Origin: a virus
Lineage: Duplodnaviria > Heunggongvirae > Uroviricota > Caudoviricetes
Direction: 5' to 3' (one strand)
Length of the DNA: 64,000 nt
IMG/VR virus record: IMGVR_UViG_3300006167_000001
Shown here: piece after piece, positions 28,514 through 37,833 of the stretch
Numbering within the stretch: the first letter of the stretch is position 1
Layout: every line of letters starts with the position of its first letter
Notes under the pieces: model-generated
What the model saw: the letters and a program-made list of their open reading frames with translations, nothing else
The model's database searches: none
What the model was told of the DNA's origin: nothing
Translations under genes and position numbers: made by a program

Positions 28514-29755
28514 ATGGGACGCATAAATCTCCGTGACTACCAGCTCGACGCTATCAAGCAGATGAAAAACGGATGCATCCTGTGCGGCGGCGTCGGAAGC
28601 GGTAAATCCCGCACTTCCCTTGCATACTACTACGATTTGCAAGGTGGCAATCTTCTCGCATCGGATGAAGTCGCCATGAAGAATCCGCAAAATCTCTATA
28701 TCATCACGACAGCCCGGAAACGGGATACCTGCGAGTGGGAAGGGGAACTGGCTCCGTTCCTCCTCTCTACTCATCCTGAGTGCAACTACTACAAGAACAC
28801 TGTGGTTGTGGACTCATGGAATAACATTGGAAAATACACAGAAGTCAAGAACGCATTCTTTATATTTGACGAGCAGCGGGTAGTTGGTTATGGCGCGTGG
28901 ACAAAAGCCTTTCTAAAGATCACCAAGGCCAACAACTGGATTCTACTGTCCGCTACACCTGGGGACACTTGGCAGGACTATATTCCTGTCTTCATTGCCA
29001 ACGGGTTCTATCGCAATAAAACTGACTTTGTCGACCAGCATGTCAACTATGACTGGCGGGCTAAATACCCGAAAATCGACAGCTATCGAAACACTGGTCG
29101 TTTAATTCGGTTACGCAACAGCATCCTCGTAAACATGGACTTCAAGCGGCAAACCGTTTCTCATCACGAGGACATCCCCGTTCCGTATGATATTTCCAAA
29201 TACAAAGACATCATGCGGAAACGTTGGAATCCTTGGGAGGACCGTCCAATCGAAACGGCAGCGGAATTGTGTATGGCACTTCGGAGAGTTGTCAATTCTG
29301 ATGACGCCCGGTCGGTTGCTGTGCTCGAAATCTTGGAGGATCATCCCAAGGCCATCATCTTTTACAGCTACGACTATGAACTGGAGATTCTCCGCTCCCT
29401 CGGATATTCGGAGGGTACGGAGGTCGCAGAGTGGAACGGCCATAAGCATCAAGAGATCCCGACCGGAGACAAATGGGTTTACTTGGTTCAGTACACTGCT
29501 GGCTGCGAGGGGTGGAATTGCATCACGACTGACACCATTATATTCTACTCTCAGCAGTATTCGTATAAGGTGGCCACGCAGGCTGCTGGACGAATTGACC
29601 GCCTCACAACACCGTACCATGACCTGCACTACTATCATCTGAAAAGCTTCTCTGGAATTGACCTCGCCATCAGCAAGGCTCTCAAACAGAAGAAGAATTT
29701 CAACGAGGGTAAGTTTGTGGGATGGACTACAAAGCCAATGCCAAGAGCCGCATAA
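28514..29755 (+). CDS. SF2 (SNF2/DEAD-like) helicase
   Basis: RBS GAAAGGAGG. Walker A GGVGSGKS. Motif II FIFDEQ. Motif III LSATP. Motif VI QAAGRIDR. Confidence 0.8.
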   Translation: MGRINLRDYQLDAIKQMKNGCILCGGVGSGKSRTSLAYYYDLQGGNLLASDEVAMKNPQNLYIITTARKRDTCEWEGELAPFLLSTHPECNYYKNTVVVDSWNNIGKYTEVKNAFFIFDEQRVVGYGAWTKAFLKITKANNWILLSATPGDTWQDYIPVFIANGFYRNKTDFVDQHVNYDWRAKYPKIDSYRNTGRLIRLRNSILVNMDFKRQTVSHHEDIPVPYDISKYKDIMRKRWNPWEDRPIETAAELCMALRRVVNSDDARSVAVLEILEDHPKAIIFYSYDYELEILRSLGYSEGTEVAEWNGHKHQEIPTGDKWVYLVQYTAGCEGWNCITTDTIIFYSQQYSYKVATQAAGRIDRLTTPYHDLHYYHLKSFSGIDLAISKALKQKKNFNEGKFVGWTTKPMPRAA

Positions 29756-29828
29756 TTTGCAAGTCCTATTACGGAGGAGATGCTACATAGCGTCTTCTTT
29801 TATATTTCATGGAAGGAGGCGAAATGCC

Positions 29829-31127
29829 TTGCAAAAGCAGCCTGACCTTGAAGTCAAGGTATTCTTTGACACTTTGTCCGGCACAGCATCCATCAAGGCA
29901 AAAAAGCAACTCCTCGCTGAGAAGCGAGATGACGGAAACGTCAAAAAATTCTTGGACTATCTGTTGAATCCGTTCTTCATCACAGGTATCTCTGAGAAAA
30001 AGATTAGCAAGGCGGCAGTCAAAGAAGCGACCATTCAGTTCACTTCGTTCCACGAGCTAATGCCTTACATTCGGCAGAACCATACCGGCACTGATGAAGT
30101 GCTGGCAAATGTCCAGGCCTTCTTAGAAGGTGCGGAGGACGAACTGCGGTCGTTCTACATGGGCATTATCACCAAGACCATTCGCATTGGGTGTGATGTC
30201 AAGACTGTAAACGACGCATTTAGGTTCGAGCTCATTCCTCAATGGGAAGTGCAGCAGGCTTATCAGATCGGCAAGCTGAAAATGAATGAGAACGAGTGGT
30301 TCAGTTTGAGTCAAAAGCTCAATGGCGTTCGCGGTACCTACTTTGAGGAAAAGCTCATCAGCCGGCAGGGAAAAGAGTTCAATGGACTGGACCATATCCT
30401 GGCAGACATCCAAAACCTTATCCCGGATTGTGAGAATTGGGTACTTGACGGAGAGCTGATTCGCAAGAACATCGACCATGTCTCTGATAACGAGAACTTT
30501 CGGCTGACTACCGGAATCATCAATCAGGAAGATGGCGATAAGAGTCTGATTCAAATGGTGATCTTTGATATTTTGCCGAAGTCCGAGTTCCTCTACGGCG
30601 AGAGCAAATTGCGATATCGAGATCGCCTTGAACAGCTAAAGAAGTTGAAACGGCAGATACGGAGACTGGGTCTGTCTGCTCTTCGTGTTGTGGATATTCT
30701 CTATACCGGAACCGATATGTCCATGATTTCGCCGTGTCTGGACCGCATGATTGCCGAAGGCAAAGAGGGCATGATGCTGAACCGTAACTGTAAATACTTC
30801 AGAAGACGTCACAATGGCATTCTGAAAGTGAAGCAGTTCTATACGGTAGATCTTGAGGTCGTAGACCTTGAAGAGGGGACGGGGCGACTGACCGGAACTT
30901 TGGGGGCATTCGTTGTGCGCTACAAAGGTAACTACCTACGGGTCGGCTCTGGCATGACCGATGAGCAGCGGAAGCTGTTCTGGAGCGACGGTATCAGTTT
31001 GATCGGGCGTGTCATTGAAGTCAAGTATAAGGACGAAAGCCTTGACAAACGAACAGGTCTTTACAGCCTGCAATTTCCGATCTTTGTCCAACTCCGTGAA
31101 CTCGGAAAACAAGAAAGCTACGACTGA
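29829..31127 (+). CDS. ATP-dependent DNA ligase (motif I variant KLNG)
   Basis: TTG start 9 nt after AGGAGG. Motif I KLNGVRG. Motif V EGMMLN. OB-fold region LKVKQFYTVDLEVVD...LGAFVVRY...VGSGMTDEQR. Confidence 0.75.
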   Translation: MQKQPDLEVKVFFDTLSGTASIKAKKQLLAEKRDDGNVKKFLDYLLNPFFITGISEKKISKAAVKEATIQFTSFHELMPYIRQNHTGTDEVLANVQAFLEGAEDELRSFYMGIITKTIRIGCDVKTVNDAFRFELIPQWEVQQAYQIGKLKMNENEWFSLSQKLNGVRGTYFEEKLISRQGKEFNGLDHILADIQNLIPDCENWVLDGELIRKNIDHVSDNENFRLTTGIINQEDGDKSLIQMVIFDILPKSEFLYGESKLRYRDRLEQLKKLKRQIRRLGLSALRVVDILYTGTDMSMISPCLDRMIAEGKEGMMLNRNCKYFRRRHNGILKVKQFYTVDLEVVDLEEGTGRLTGTLGAFVVRYKGNYLRVGSGMTDEQRKLFWSDGISLIGRVIEVKYKDESLDKRTGLYSLQFPIFVQLRELGKQESYD

Positions 31128-31148
31128 TATTTTAGGAAAGGAGCCGAA

Positions 31149-31637
31149 ATGAGCTGTTGGACTTATGTAACGGGCGTCATCGAAGTCGATACTTGTGCCA
31201 GGAGTGATGCGGAAGCCATGTATCTCGCTCAAACTGTCGTCAACCATCTGCCACGGATTACTGGCTCGGAAAGAAGCGCAGAGTTGTACTTGTCACAACC
31301 GAATGGTTACTGTTCGTCGTGCAACGTTGACGAATTTGACCAACCCAGTAATCTTTACGATGACAGACATTTCCGGATGTTCACTACTCAGGACAGAGTT
31401 TTGATTACGATTCACGGGAATCTCCGCGACCGCCTATTCAAACAAACTTTACATGAGACTACAAAAATGCTGACAAGACTATCGTCCAGACTTTGGGTGC
31501 GAGAGTGTCTTGTTCGGGTAAAGTCAGATATGGGCGAGACATTTATATTTGACAATCCGGAATGGGTTCGCAACAGAGATCTTACAAATTGGACTCAAAA
31601 AATATTAAGAAAGGATGGCGATCCAAATGATGGATGA
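31149..31637 (+). CDS. hypothetical protein
   Basis: 162 aa. RBS AGGAAAGGAG. Confidence 0.5.
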   Translation: MSCWTYVTGVIEVDTCARSDAEAMYLAQTVVNHLPRITGSERSAELYLSQPNGYCSSCNVDEFDQPSNLYDDRHFRMFTTQDRVLITIHGNLRDRLFKQTLHETTKMLTRLSSRLWVRECLVRVKSDMGETFIFDNPEWVRNRDLTNWTQKILRKDGDPNDG

Positions 31638-32238
31638 CTATGATATTCTCCCTCGCATCGGGCATTTCAACGATTTGATGGAACCGGCTGCACATTTGTT
31701 TCCGGCCGGTTTTACTCAGGACTTGAAAGCAAACGGCTTCTTTACGGCTCCGGCCAGCACCAAGTATCATGGTGCTTTTGAGGGCGGCCTGTTTGAGCAC
31801 AGCCGGAATGTGACGCAAGTCCTCGTTGCTCTCACCAAGGACAATGGGCTGACATGGCAACGGCCTGAGTCACCTTACATCGTTGGGATGTTCCATGACC
31901 TGTGTAAAATCGACTTGTATCAGCATCCAATGTCGGATATGGTTTTGCACACATGGCGTCCTGACGGGGAAGAAGAAATCCGCAGCGTGGATATGTCCAG
32001 ATGGGAACACAATCCTGATACTCTGCTCAAAGGGCATGGCGATAAGTCCATAATGCTGCTCTCCCAGTATATGCAGCTCACCCTGGAAGAGATCCTATGC
32101 ATTCGATACCATATGGGCGCATTTGTGGATAGAAACGAGTGGAATGACTATACGCGAGCCATCCACCAGTTCGTCACTGTTCTCTGGACGCACCATGCCG
32201 ACATGATTGCCTCACACATCCTTGAGGATGCGAGGTGA
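31615..32238 (+). CDS. HD-domain phosphohydrolase (candidate dNTP triphosphohydrolase, DatZ-like?)
   Basis: H...H (HGAFEGGLFEHSRNV) and the HD pair in GMFHDLCK. Start could be 31627/31630. Confidence 0.65.
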   Translation: MAIQMMDDYDILPRIGHFNDLMEPAAHLFPAGFTQDLKANGFFTAPASTKYHGAFEGGLFEHSRNVTQVLVALTKDNGLTWQRPESPYIVGMFHDLCKIDLYQHPMSDMVLHTWRPDGEEEIRSVDMSRWEHNPDTLLKGHGDKSIMLLSQYMQLTLEEILCIRYHMGAFVDRNEWNDYTRAIHQFVTVLWTHHADMIASHILEDAR

Positions 32239-32440
32239 TAAAATGTTCAAGAAATATTTGGCGCAACTGAATGACCTTGCGCAGAATTATACGCATGAAA
32301 ACTTCGTGCAAATCCAGAAAGTTCAGGCTGATATTTTGACCTCCTATACAAAAGGCAGTTTGGACGACTTTGAGAAGCGGCATCTCTATGGCATTTCTGA
32401 AATTATTATGAGGGGTATAAGAGAGGAGTTGTTGAAATGA
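32207..32440 (+). CDS. hypothetical protein
   Basis: 77-aa ORF. Confidence 0.4.
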   Translation: MPHTSLRMRGDKMFKKYLAQLNDLAQNYTHENFVQIQKVQADILTSYTKGSLDDFEKRHLYGISEIIMRGIREELLK

Positions 32441-32781
32441 GGGCAAGCTATTGCTTACCATCCGGAAACTACAATATTGTCCTCTCCAATGAAGAATTGC
32501 GTGAGCTTCTTGAACGGGGACATGTGACTGCTCGTATGTCTCGAACTCCTTGCACAACAAGCAGAGCCATCTTTAATGATGAAAAGGGTAAAATGGAGAT
32601 TCGTGACAAGAAACACATTGATAACTGCTTGTTTTTTCACGCTAAGGAACCTGTCGCTGATATCGAAGCGGGCGACCACTATGTACAGTTCTTGTGTATC
32701 AACATTGAGAGAAAGACGGGAGGTGATACCGATGGCTCAAAAGAGAATCAAGATGGTACGGACGGACATCTTGAACTGTAA
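32437..32781 (+). CDS. hypothetical protein
   Basis: 114 aa. ATGA coupling. Confidence 0.45.
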   Translation: MRASYCLPSGNYNIVLSNEELRELLERGHVTARMSRTPCTTSRAIFNDEKGKMEIRDKKHIDNCLFFHAKEPVADIEAGDHYVQFLCINIERKTGGDTDGSKENQDGTDGHLEL

Positions 32782-32963
32782 AGTCCGACTTCTCTATGAT
32801 GACGGCAGTCAAGGTGAGCTCGACATGACGAAGGCGAAAGTTTCTACGAGCGAGGCCGCCTTTGTAGTCGGCATGACTTTGAAGCAAGCCAAGATGCGGC
32901 TCGGTATCAAGAGTTGACAGCTTTGGGCCGAACATTATATTCTGTCAGATGGGAGGTGAAAAA

Positions 32964-33749
32964 ATGATCGGTGCAATTATCGGCGACATCGTTGGTTCTC
33001 GGTTCGAGCGGGCAAACTGCAAATCTACTAAATTCGAGCTGTTTATAAAAAGATGTTCATTTACTGATGATACCGTGATGACGCTTGCGATTGCAAAAGC
33101 GCTGCTTGAAAGCGACAATGATTGGAGCAGACTGAGAGAAAATGCCGTGAAGTGTATGCAGGAAATCGGTAGGAGGTACCCAAACTGCGGATACGGTCAG
33201 ATGTTCTATCTGTGGCTCCATAAGCGAAACCCAAAGCCCTATAACAGCTTCGGAAATGGGGCGGCCATGAGAGTAAGTCCGGTAGCATATGTGGCTGAAA
33301 CAATAGAACAATGCATCGAGCTTTCCGACATAGTCACCGGAGTTAGCCACAATCATCCAGAAGGGTTAAAAGGCGCTCAGGCTGCCGCAGTTGCAACCTG
33401 GGCTGCATTGCAGGAAATGCCGAAACAGGAAATTCGAGAGTTGATCGAAGATCGCTTTTACGACCTGAACTTCACGATTGATGAGATACGCCCGAAGTAC
33501 CGTTTCGATGCATCCTGCCAAGGCAGTGTACCACAAGCAATTAAAGCGTTCCTGGAATCCGACGATTTTGAGAGCGCGATACGACTCGCTGTCTCTATTG
33601 GAGGTGATAGTGACACGATTGCCGCCATTGCGGGAGGAATCGCAGAGGCATACTACGGTATCCCGGAACATATCAAAATGCAGGCCATAAAATACTTGCC
33701 AGAGGATCTACGCGACATCATGGTTGAGTTTGAAGTGGCCTACTATTAA
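32964..33749 (+). CDS. ADP-ribosylglycohydrolase family protein
   Basis: GAIIGDIVGSRFE, FTDDT, GNGAAMRVSPVA, GGDSDTIAAIAGGIAEAYYG (ARH signature). Confidence 0.8.
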   Translation: MIGAIIGDIVGSRFERANCKSTKFELFIKRCSFTDDTVMTLAIAKALLESDNDWSRLRENAVKCMQEIGRRYPNCGYGQMFYLWLHKRNPKPYNSFGNGAAMRVSPVAYVAETIEQCIELSDIVTGVSHNHPEGLKGAQAAAVATWAALQEMPKQEIRELIEDRFYDLNFTIDEIRPKYRFDASCQGSVPQAIKAFLESDDFESAIRLAVSIGGDSDTIAAIAGGIAEAYYGIPEHIKMQAIKYLPEDLRDIMVEFEVAYY

Positions 33750-33818
33750 ACTGAATGAAACGAAGGTTCCTCTACTTTGAGGAGCCTTCGTTTTATATTT
33801 TGAAAGGAGAAAATTTTT

Positions 33819-35864
33819 ATGGAATTCAACAAGTTCAAGAAAGCGATTCAAGATCATTTCGCAAAACTGAGCGAGACTGCCGACCATGTCTACGAGGTGG
33901 AAGTGGACAAGGATGCGCTGTGGAACCTGTACTTGGACAGCTTCCCCGCTGGAACCAACGAAATCTATCGGAAGCGCCGCGAGTACGATTGCAGCTGCTG
34001 CCGGCAGTTCATCCGGGCCATCGGCAACGTGGTGTTCATCAAGGACGCCATTATCCACACTATTTGGGAGCTTACCGATCTCGGCTCCACGTTCCAACCT
34101 GTGGCGGATGCGCTGGATGCCTACATCAAGGCCCACGCGGTTACGGACGTTTATATTTCCAAGTTCGCAAAGATCGGCACCAACAAGAACCATGAGCAGC
34201 TCTCGGATGGCACTGTGAAGACCTGGGAGCATTTCTATCTGGAGCTCCCCTCCAAGTTCGTCGATAAGAGCCAGCGTTCTGTCGGCGACCTCAAAGGCCC
34301 TTTCCGGGATACCAAGAACGTCTTCAAGCGGTCTCTGGAGGAGATTACGGATGATACTGTTGATACCGTGCTTGAGCTAATCGGCCAGAAATCCCTGTAT
34401 AAGGGCGAGGAATGGCAGCACGTCTTGGAGGAATTCAAGAAGTACAAGGCTATGTATGCTGCAACGCCGGAGGAACTCCAGGACAACTTTGCCTGGGAAC
34501 AGTCCATGAACGCCGGTATGGCAGTCGGTCGAATCCGCAACCACAGCATGGGTACTCTCCTGGTCAATATCAGCCAGGGGATGGAGCTGGATGAGGCTGT
34601 TCGCAAATACGAGGTCATCGTGGCCCCGACAAACTACAAGCGGCCCAAGGCAATTTACACAAAAAAAATGCTTGAGAATGCGAAGCAGACGATCTCCGAC
34701 CTTGGATATTTGTCTTCCCTGGGGCGGCGCTTCGCTACTCTGGACGATATTACGGTGAACAACATCATGTTTGCCAACCGAAATGCGGCGCAGCGCATCC
34801 AGACCGGGACTGATATTTTCAGCGAGATGGAGCGAGACATCGCTGTCGACCCGAAGAAGTTCTCTCGGGTACAGGAGATCTCGATTGAGGATTTTGTCAA
34901 AAACGTACTCCCGACGGCTACCTCGGTGGAGACTTTGCTGGAGAATCGGCATGCGGCCAATATGGTCTCGCTGATTGCGCCTGCGGATAAAGACAGCAAA
35001 ACCATGTTCAAGTGGGCTAATGGCTTCAGCTGGGCATACTCCGGCAACATCACTGACAGTGACATCCGCGAGAACGTGAAGATGGCCGGCGGCAAGGTAG
35101 ATGGTATCCTCCGTTTCTCCATTCAGTGGAACGACGAGGATTTCTGCCCGAATGACTATGATGCCCACTGTAGGCTTCCCGACGGCAGGGAGATTTACTT
35201 CCATGAAAGGCTGGATCGAGTGACCCTCGGTGAACTGGACATTGATATTATTCACCCGCAGAGGGGAACTCCCGCTGTCGAGAACATTGTATGGTCTTCC
35301 ATGACCAACATGAAGCCGGGGACTTATCTGATGTACGTCCACTGCTACACCAACAGCGGTGGTCGGAGCGGCTTCAAGGCTGAGGTGGAGTTCGATGGAA
35401 CGATTCACTCCTTCGAGTATAAGAAGGAGCTTCGGCGGGACGAAATCGTCAAGGTAGCTGAGGTTACCTATGACCCGGCCACCGGCTTCACGATTAAGGA
35501 TCTGATCCCCTCCTCTGTGTCCACACGGGATATTTGGGGGCTCAAGAGCAACCAGTTCGTTCCCGTCTCTGTTGTCATGTATTCGCCCAACTACTGGGAC
35601 GAGCAGGACGGCATCGGTCATCGGCACTACTTCTTCATGCTCAAGGACTGTGTCAATCCCGAGCGGCCCAATGGCTTCTACAACGAGTTCCTGAAGCCTG
35701 AGCTGGAGCAGCATCGTCGTGTCTTTGAGGCTCTTGGAAGCAAGGCGGCGGTTCAGGACGTGGAGGATCAGCTCTCCGGGATGGGCTTCTCTGCTACAAA
35801 GCGGAACAGCCTGTTGGTCAAGGTGAAAGGCGCCACTGAGCGCATTCTCAAAATCACATTTTAA
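33819..35864 (+). CDS. large hypothetical protein (681 aa), Cys cluster near N-terminus
   Basis: Long GC-rich ORF with RBS GAAAGGAG. No domain recognised by eye. Confidence 0.6.
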   Translation: MEFNKFKKAIQDHFAKLSETADHVYEVEVDKDALWNLYLDSFPAGTNEIYRKRREYDCSCCRQFIRAIGNVVFIKDAIIHTIWELTDLGSTFQPVADALDAYIKAHAVTDVYISKFAKIGTNKNHEQLSDGTVKTWEHFYLELPSKFVDKSQRSVGDLKGPFRDTKNVFKRSLEEITDDTVDTVLELIGQKSLYKGEEWQHVLEEFKKYKAMYAATPEELQDNFAWEQSMNAGMAVGRIRNHSMGTLLVNISQGMELDEAVRKYEVIVAPTNYKRPKAIYTKKMLENAKQTISDLGYLSSLGRRFATLDDITVNNIMFANRNAAQRIQTGTDIFSEMERDIAVDPKKFSRVQEISIEDFVKNVLPTATSVETLLENRHAANMVSLIAPADKDSKTMFKWANGFSWAYSGNITDSDIRENVKMAGGKVDGILRFSIQWNDEDFCPNDYDAHCRLPDGREIYFHERLDRVTLGELDIDIIHPQRGTPAVENIVWSSMTNMKPGTYLMYVHCYTNSGGRSGFKAEVEFDGTIHSFEYKKELRRDEIVKVAEVTYDPATGFTIKDLIPSSVSTRDIWGLKSNQFVPVSVVMYSPNYWDEQDGIGHRHYFFMLKDCVNPERPNGFYNEFLKPELEQHRRVFEALGSKAAVQDVEDQLSGMGFSATKRNSLLVKVKGATERILKITF

Positions 35865-35878
35865 GGAGGACATGTAAA

Positions 35879-36265
35879 ATGGAAGCTAACAAAATGTTTG
35901 AGGTTGCGGTTCGCAACAAGTTCCGGTATCCCTACAAGGGCGTCATCGCCACTGAGGACCTCTGGGATCTGTCTGTCCAGCAGTTGGACGGCATCTTCAA
36001 AACGCTTAAGTCTCAGGAGAAGAAGGCGCAGGAGGAGAGCCTTCTGAACACCCGCACTCCGGAGGACGAGATCCTGACGGCCAAGATCGAGATCATCAAG
36101 TACATCGTCAACACCAAGCTGGAGGAGGCCAAGCTGGCTGAGCGCGCCAAAGAAGCGCACGACCAGAAGCAGAAAATCCTCGGCATCCTCGCTGAGAAGC
36201 AGGATGAGGATCTGCGCAACAAAACCCCTGAAGAGCTCATCGCCATGCTGAATCAGTTCGGCTAA
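35879..36265 (+). CDS. hypothetical protein
   Basis: 128 aa. Confidence 0.5.
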   Translation: MEANKMFEVAVRNKFRYPYKGVIATEDLWDLSVQQLDGIFKTLKSQEKKAQEESLLNTRTPEDEILTAKIEIIKYIVNTKLEEAKLAERAKEAHDQKQKILGILAEKQDEDLRNKTPEELIAMLNQFG

Positions 36266-36338
36266 GCGGAGCAACAACGGGAAGGCCTGCGGAAACGTGG
36301 GCCTTCCCAAATTATATTTTGGAAAGGAGAAAACTTCC

Positions 36339-36635
36339 ATGATCGATATTGAAGGCTTAGATAAGGCGGAGGTTCTGAAAGCCTTATATGACCATTCTCA
36401 TGTCCAGGGCATGGGCTTCCTTCAGGCTGTTCCGGCGGGAACGGTGACGGTGGATCACTGCCGAGACTTGCTCAAACAGAGCACTTACTTTGATTACTTG
36501 TACGGACGGGTGCTCAAAGTTGACCTTTCCAGCGACGCATTCGATGAGCGGCTTTATGAGCGTGACAATGGCCCCAATTCTGCCGCGATGGCGATGCTTC
36601 CTTTGCGAGGCAAGCGAAAGGAGAATGTCAAATGA
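36339..36635 (+). CDS. hypothetical protein
   Basis: RBS GGAAAGGAG. Confidence 0.5.
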   Translation: MIDIEGLDKAEVLKALYDHSHVQGMGFLQAVPAGTVTVDHCRDLLKQSTYFDYLYGRVLKVDLSSDAFDERLYERDNGPNSAAMAMLPLRGKRKENVK

Positions 36636-36862
36636 ACATTTTGGTAGGAGAACGCCAGCAGGGTAAGACAACGCATCTGATTAAAATGTCGGCGGCCGGC
36701 AAAGGTATTATTGTGACTCCGACTGAGCGTAGCGTCAAGTACATCAAGGATCAGGCCAAGGCGATGGAGCTGGATATTCCGGAACCTATCAGTTGGGGGC
36801 GTTTGGTTTTGCCCGGCTATGGCTATCACCGTGGGCATATAGGCCCCCTATCTCCTCGATGA
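36632..36862 (+). CDS. small P-loop (Walker A GERQQGKTT) protein
   Basis: 76 aa. Its stop TGA overlaps the ATG of the next gene (cgATGAac). Confidence 0.45.
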   Translation: MNILVGERQQGKTTHLIKMSAAGKGIIVTPTERSVKYIKDQAKAMELDIPEPISWGRLVLPGYGYHRGHIGPLSPR

Positions 36863-37516
36863 ACTTGGTGAAATCCTCAGGGGGGGGGGCTTGGAATCGA
36901 AACCGCAATTCTCGACGATGAATGCGGCATTGAGGATCTGTCAGTCGAATCGCTGCACTACGGCAACGAGCTGACAGAGAAGATCCGGGAGAGTGCGAAG
37001 GATTTCAACAAGCTTTCAGACTTTGACAAGTTCGTCCTTGATAATGGTTATCGGTACGAAACTCGGGAGGCGCTGCAAGCCGGATATGACCGCCATTGGA
37101 AAGCGGCCCATGATATTTTGGTGACCATGGAGGAGTTTCTCGCTGAGGCTGAAAAGAAACCGAGTGATCCGGCTGCTGATGTATATGAGACCCTTGCTGG
37201 CCTGGTTGAAGCAAAGAAGCTCCGTCCCGGAGAAGTTCTCGATTATGCGCACTTCCACTGGTGTCTCGATGCCCCAGAGGCGATTGTTGCCTGGCAAACC
37301 GGACGGGACAAGTGGACTGTGAACAACTGCGATGCTGAAATAACCGAAGTAGAGGCGCGTATCAAGATTTGCGAAGAGTGGGGCTTCGAGACTGGCCGGC
37401 TTCATATCATTGGCACCCCCTACTATGATGCGACCGACCACCAATTCATTCGCTTCAACTGTGCCCATATGGCATGGCTCTGGCAGAACGGCAACCTACT
37501 TCAGGTGTATTGCTGA
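36859..37516 (+). pseudogene. hypothetical ~220-aa gene interrupted by a G10 tract (frameshift)
   Basis: ATG 36859 reads MNLVKSSGGG, then G10 (36880-36889). The long downstream frame LGIETAILDDECG...MVTMEEFLAEAEKK...LLQVYC* is reached only with G9 or G12. Confidence 0.45.
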
Positions 37517-37528
37517 GGAGGAAACCAA

Positions 37529-37822
37529 GTGTTCGGACGAAAAAAGAAGCCAGAAAGCGAAAACATCCGGAAATTCGTTGATATTCTGTATCAATTCGAG
37601 ATGGAACACCCAGACGAACTGTGCCCGCCCATTACCGAACCGCAGTTAGTTGTAGACTGCCTCTGCGATGTGTTTTTGGGCGCGGACTGGTACACAGCCT
37701 TACCGTTGAATACAAAGCAGGTCAATACTGTCATTCTTGACGAAATTCTCAGAAAACACAGCAAAGAATTTAGAAAGCTGATTGAAGAGAAGCGGAAAGA
37801 GTGGAAGGTATTAAAATTGTAA
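37529..37822 (+). CDS. hypothetical protein
   Basis: 97 aa. Confidence 0.45.
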   Translation: MFGRKKKPESENIRKFVDILYQFEMEHPDELCPPITEPQLVVDCLCDVFLGADWYTALPLNTKQVNTVILDEILRKHSKEFRKLIEEKRKEWKVLKL

Positions 37823-37833
37823 AGGAGAAAACC

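Noticed and set aside
34377-35873. Minus-strand 498-aa ORF antisense to the 681-aa gene, and 16022..16756 (-) antisense to 16028..16990
   Set aside because: Shadow ORFs with low-complexity G/L/V/R-rich translations overlapping well-supported plus-strand genes.
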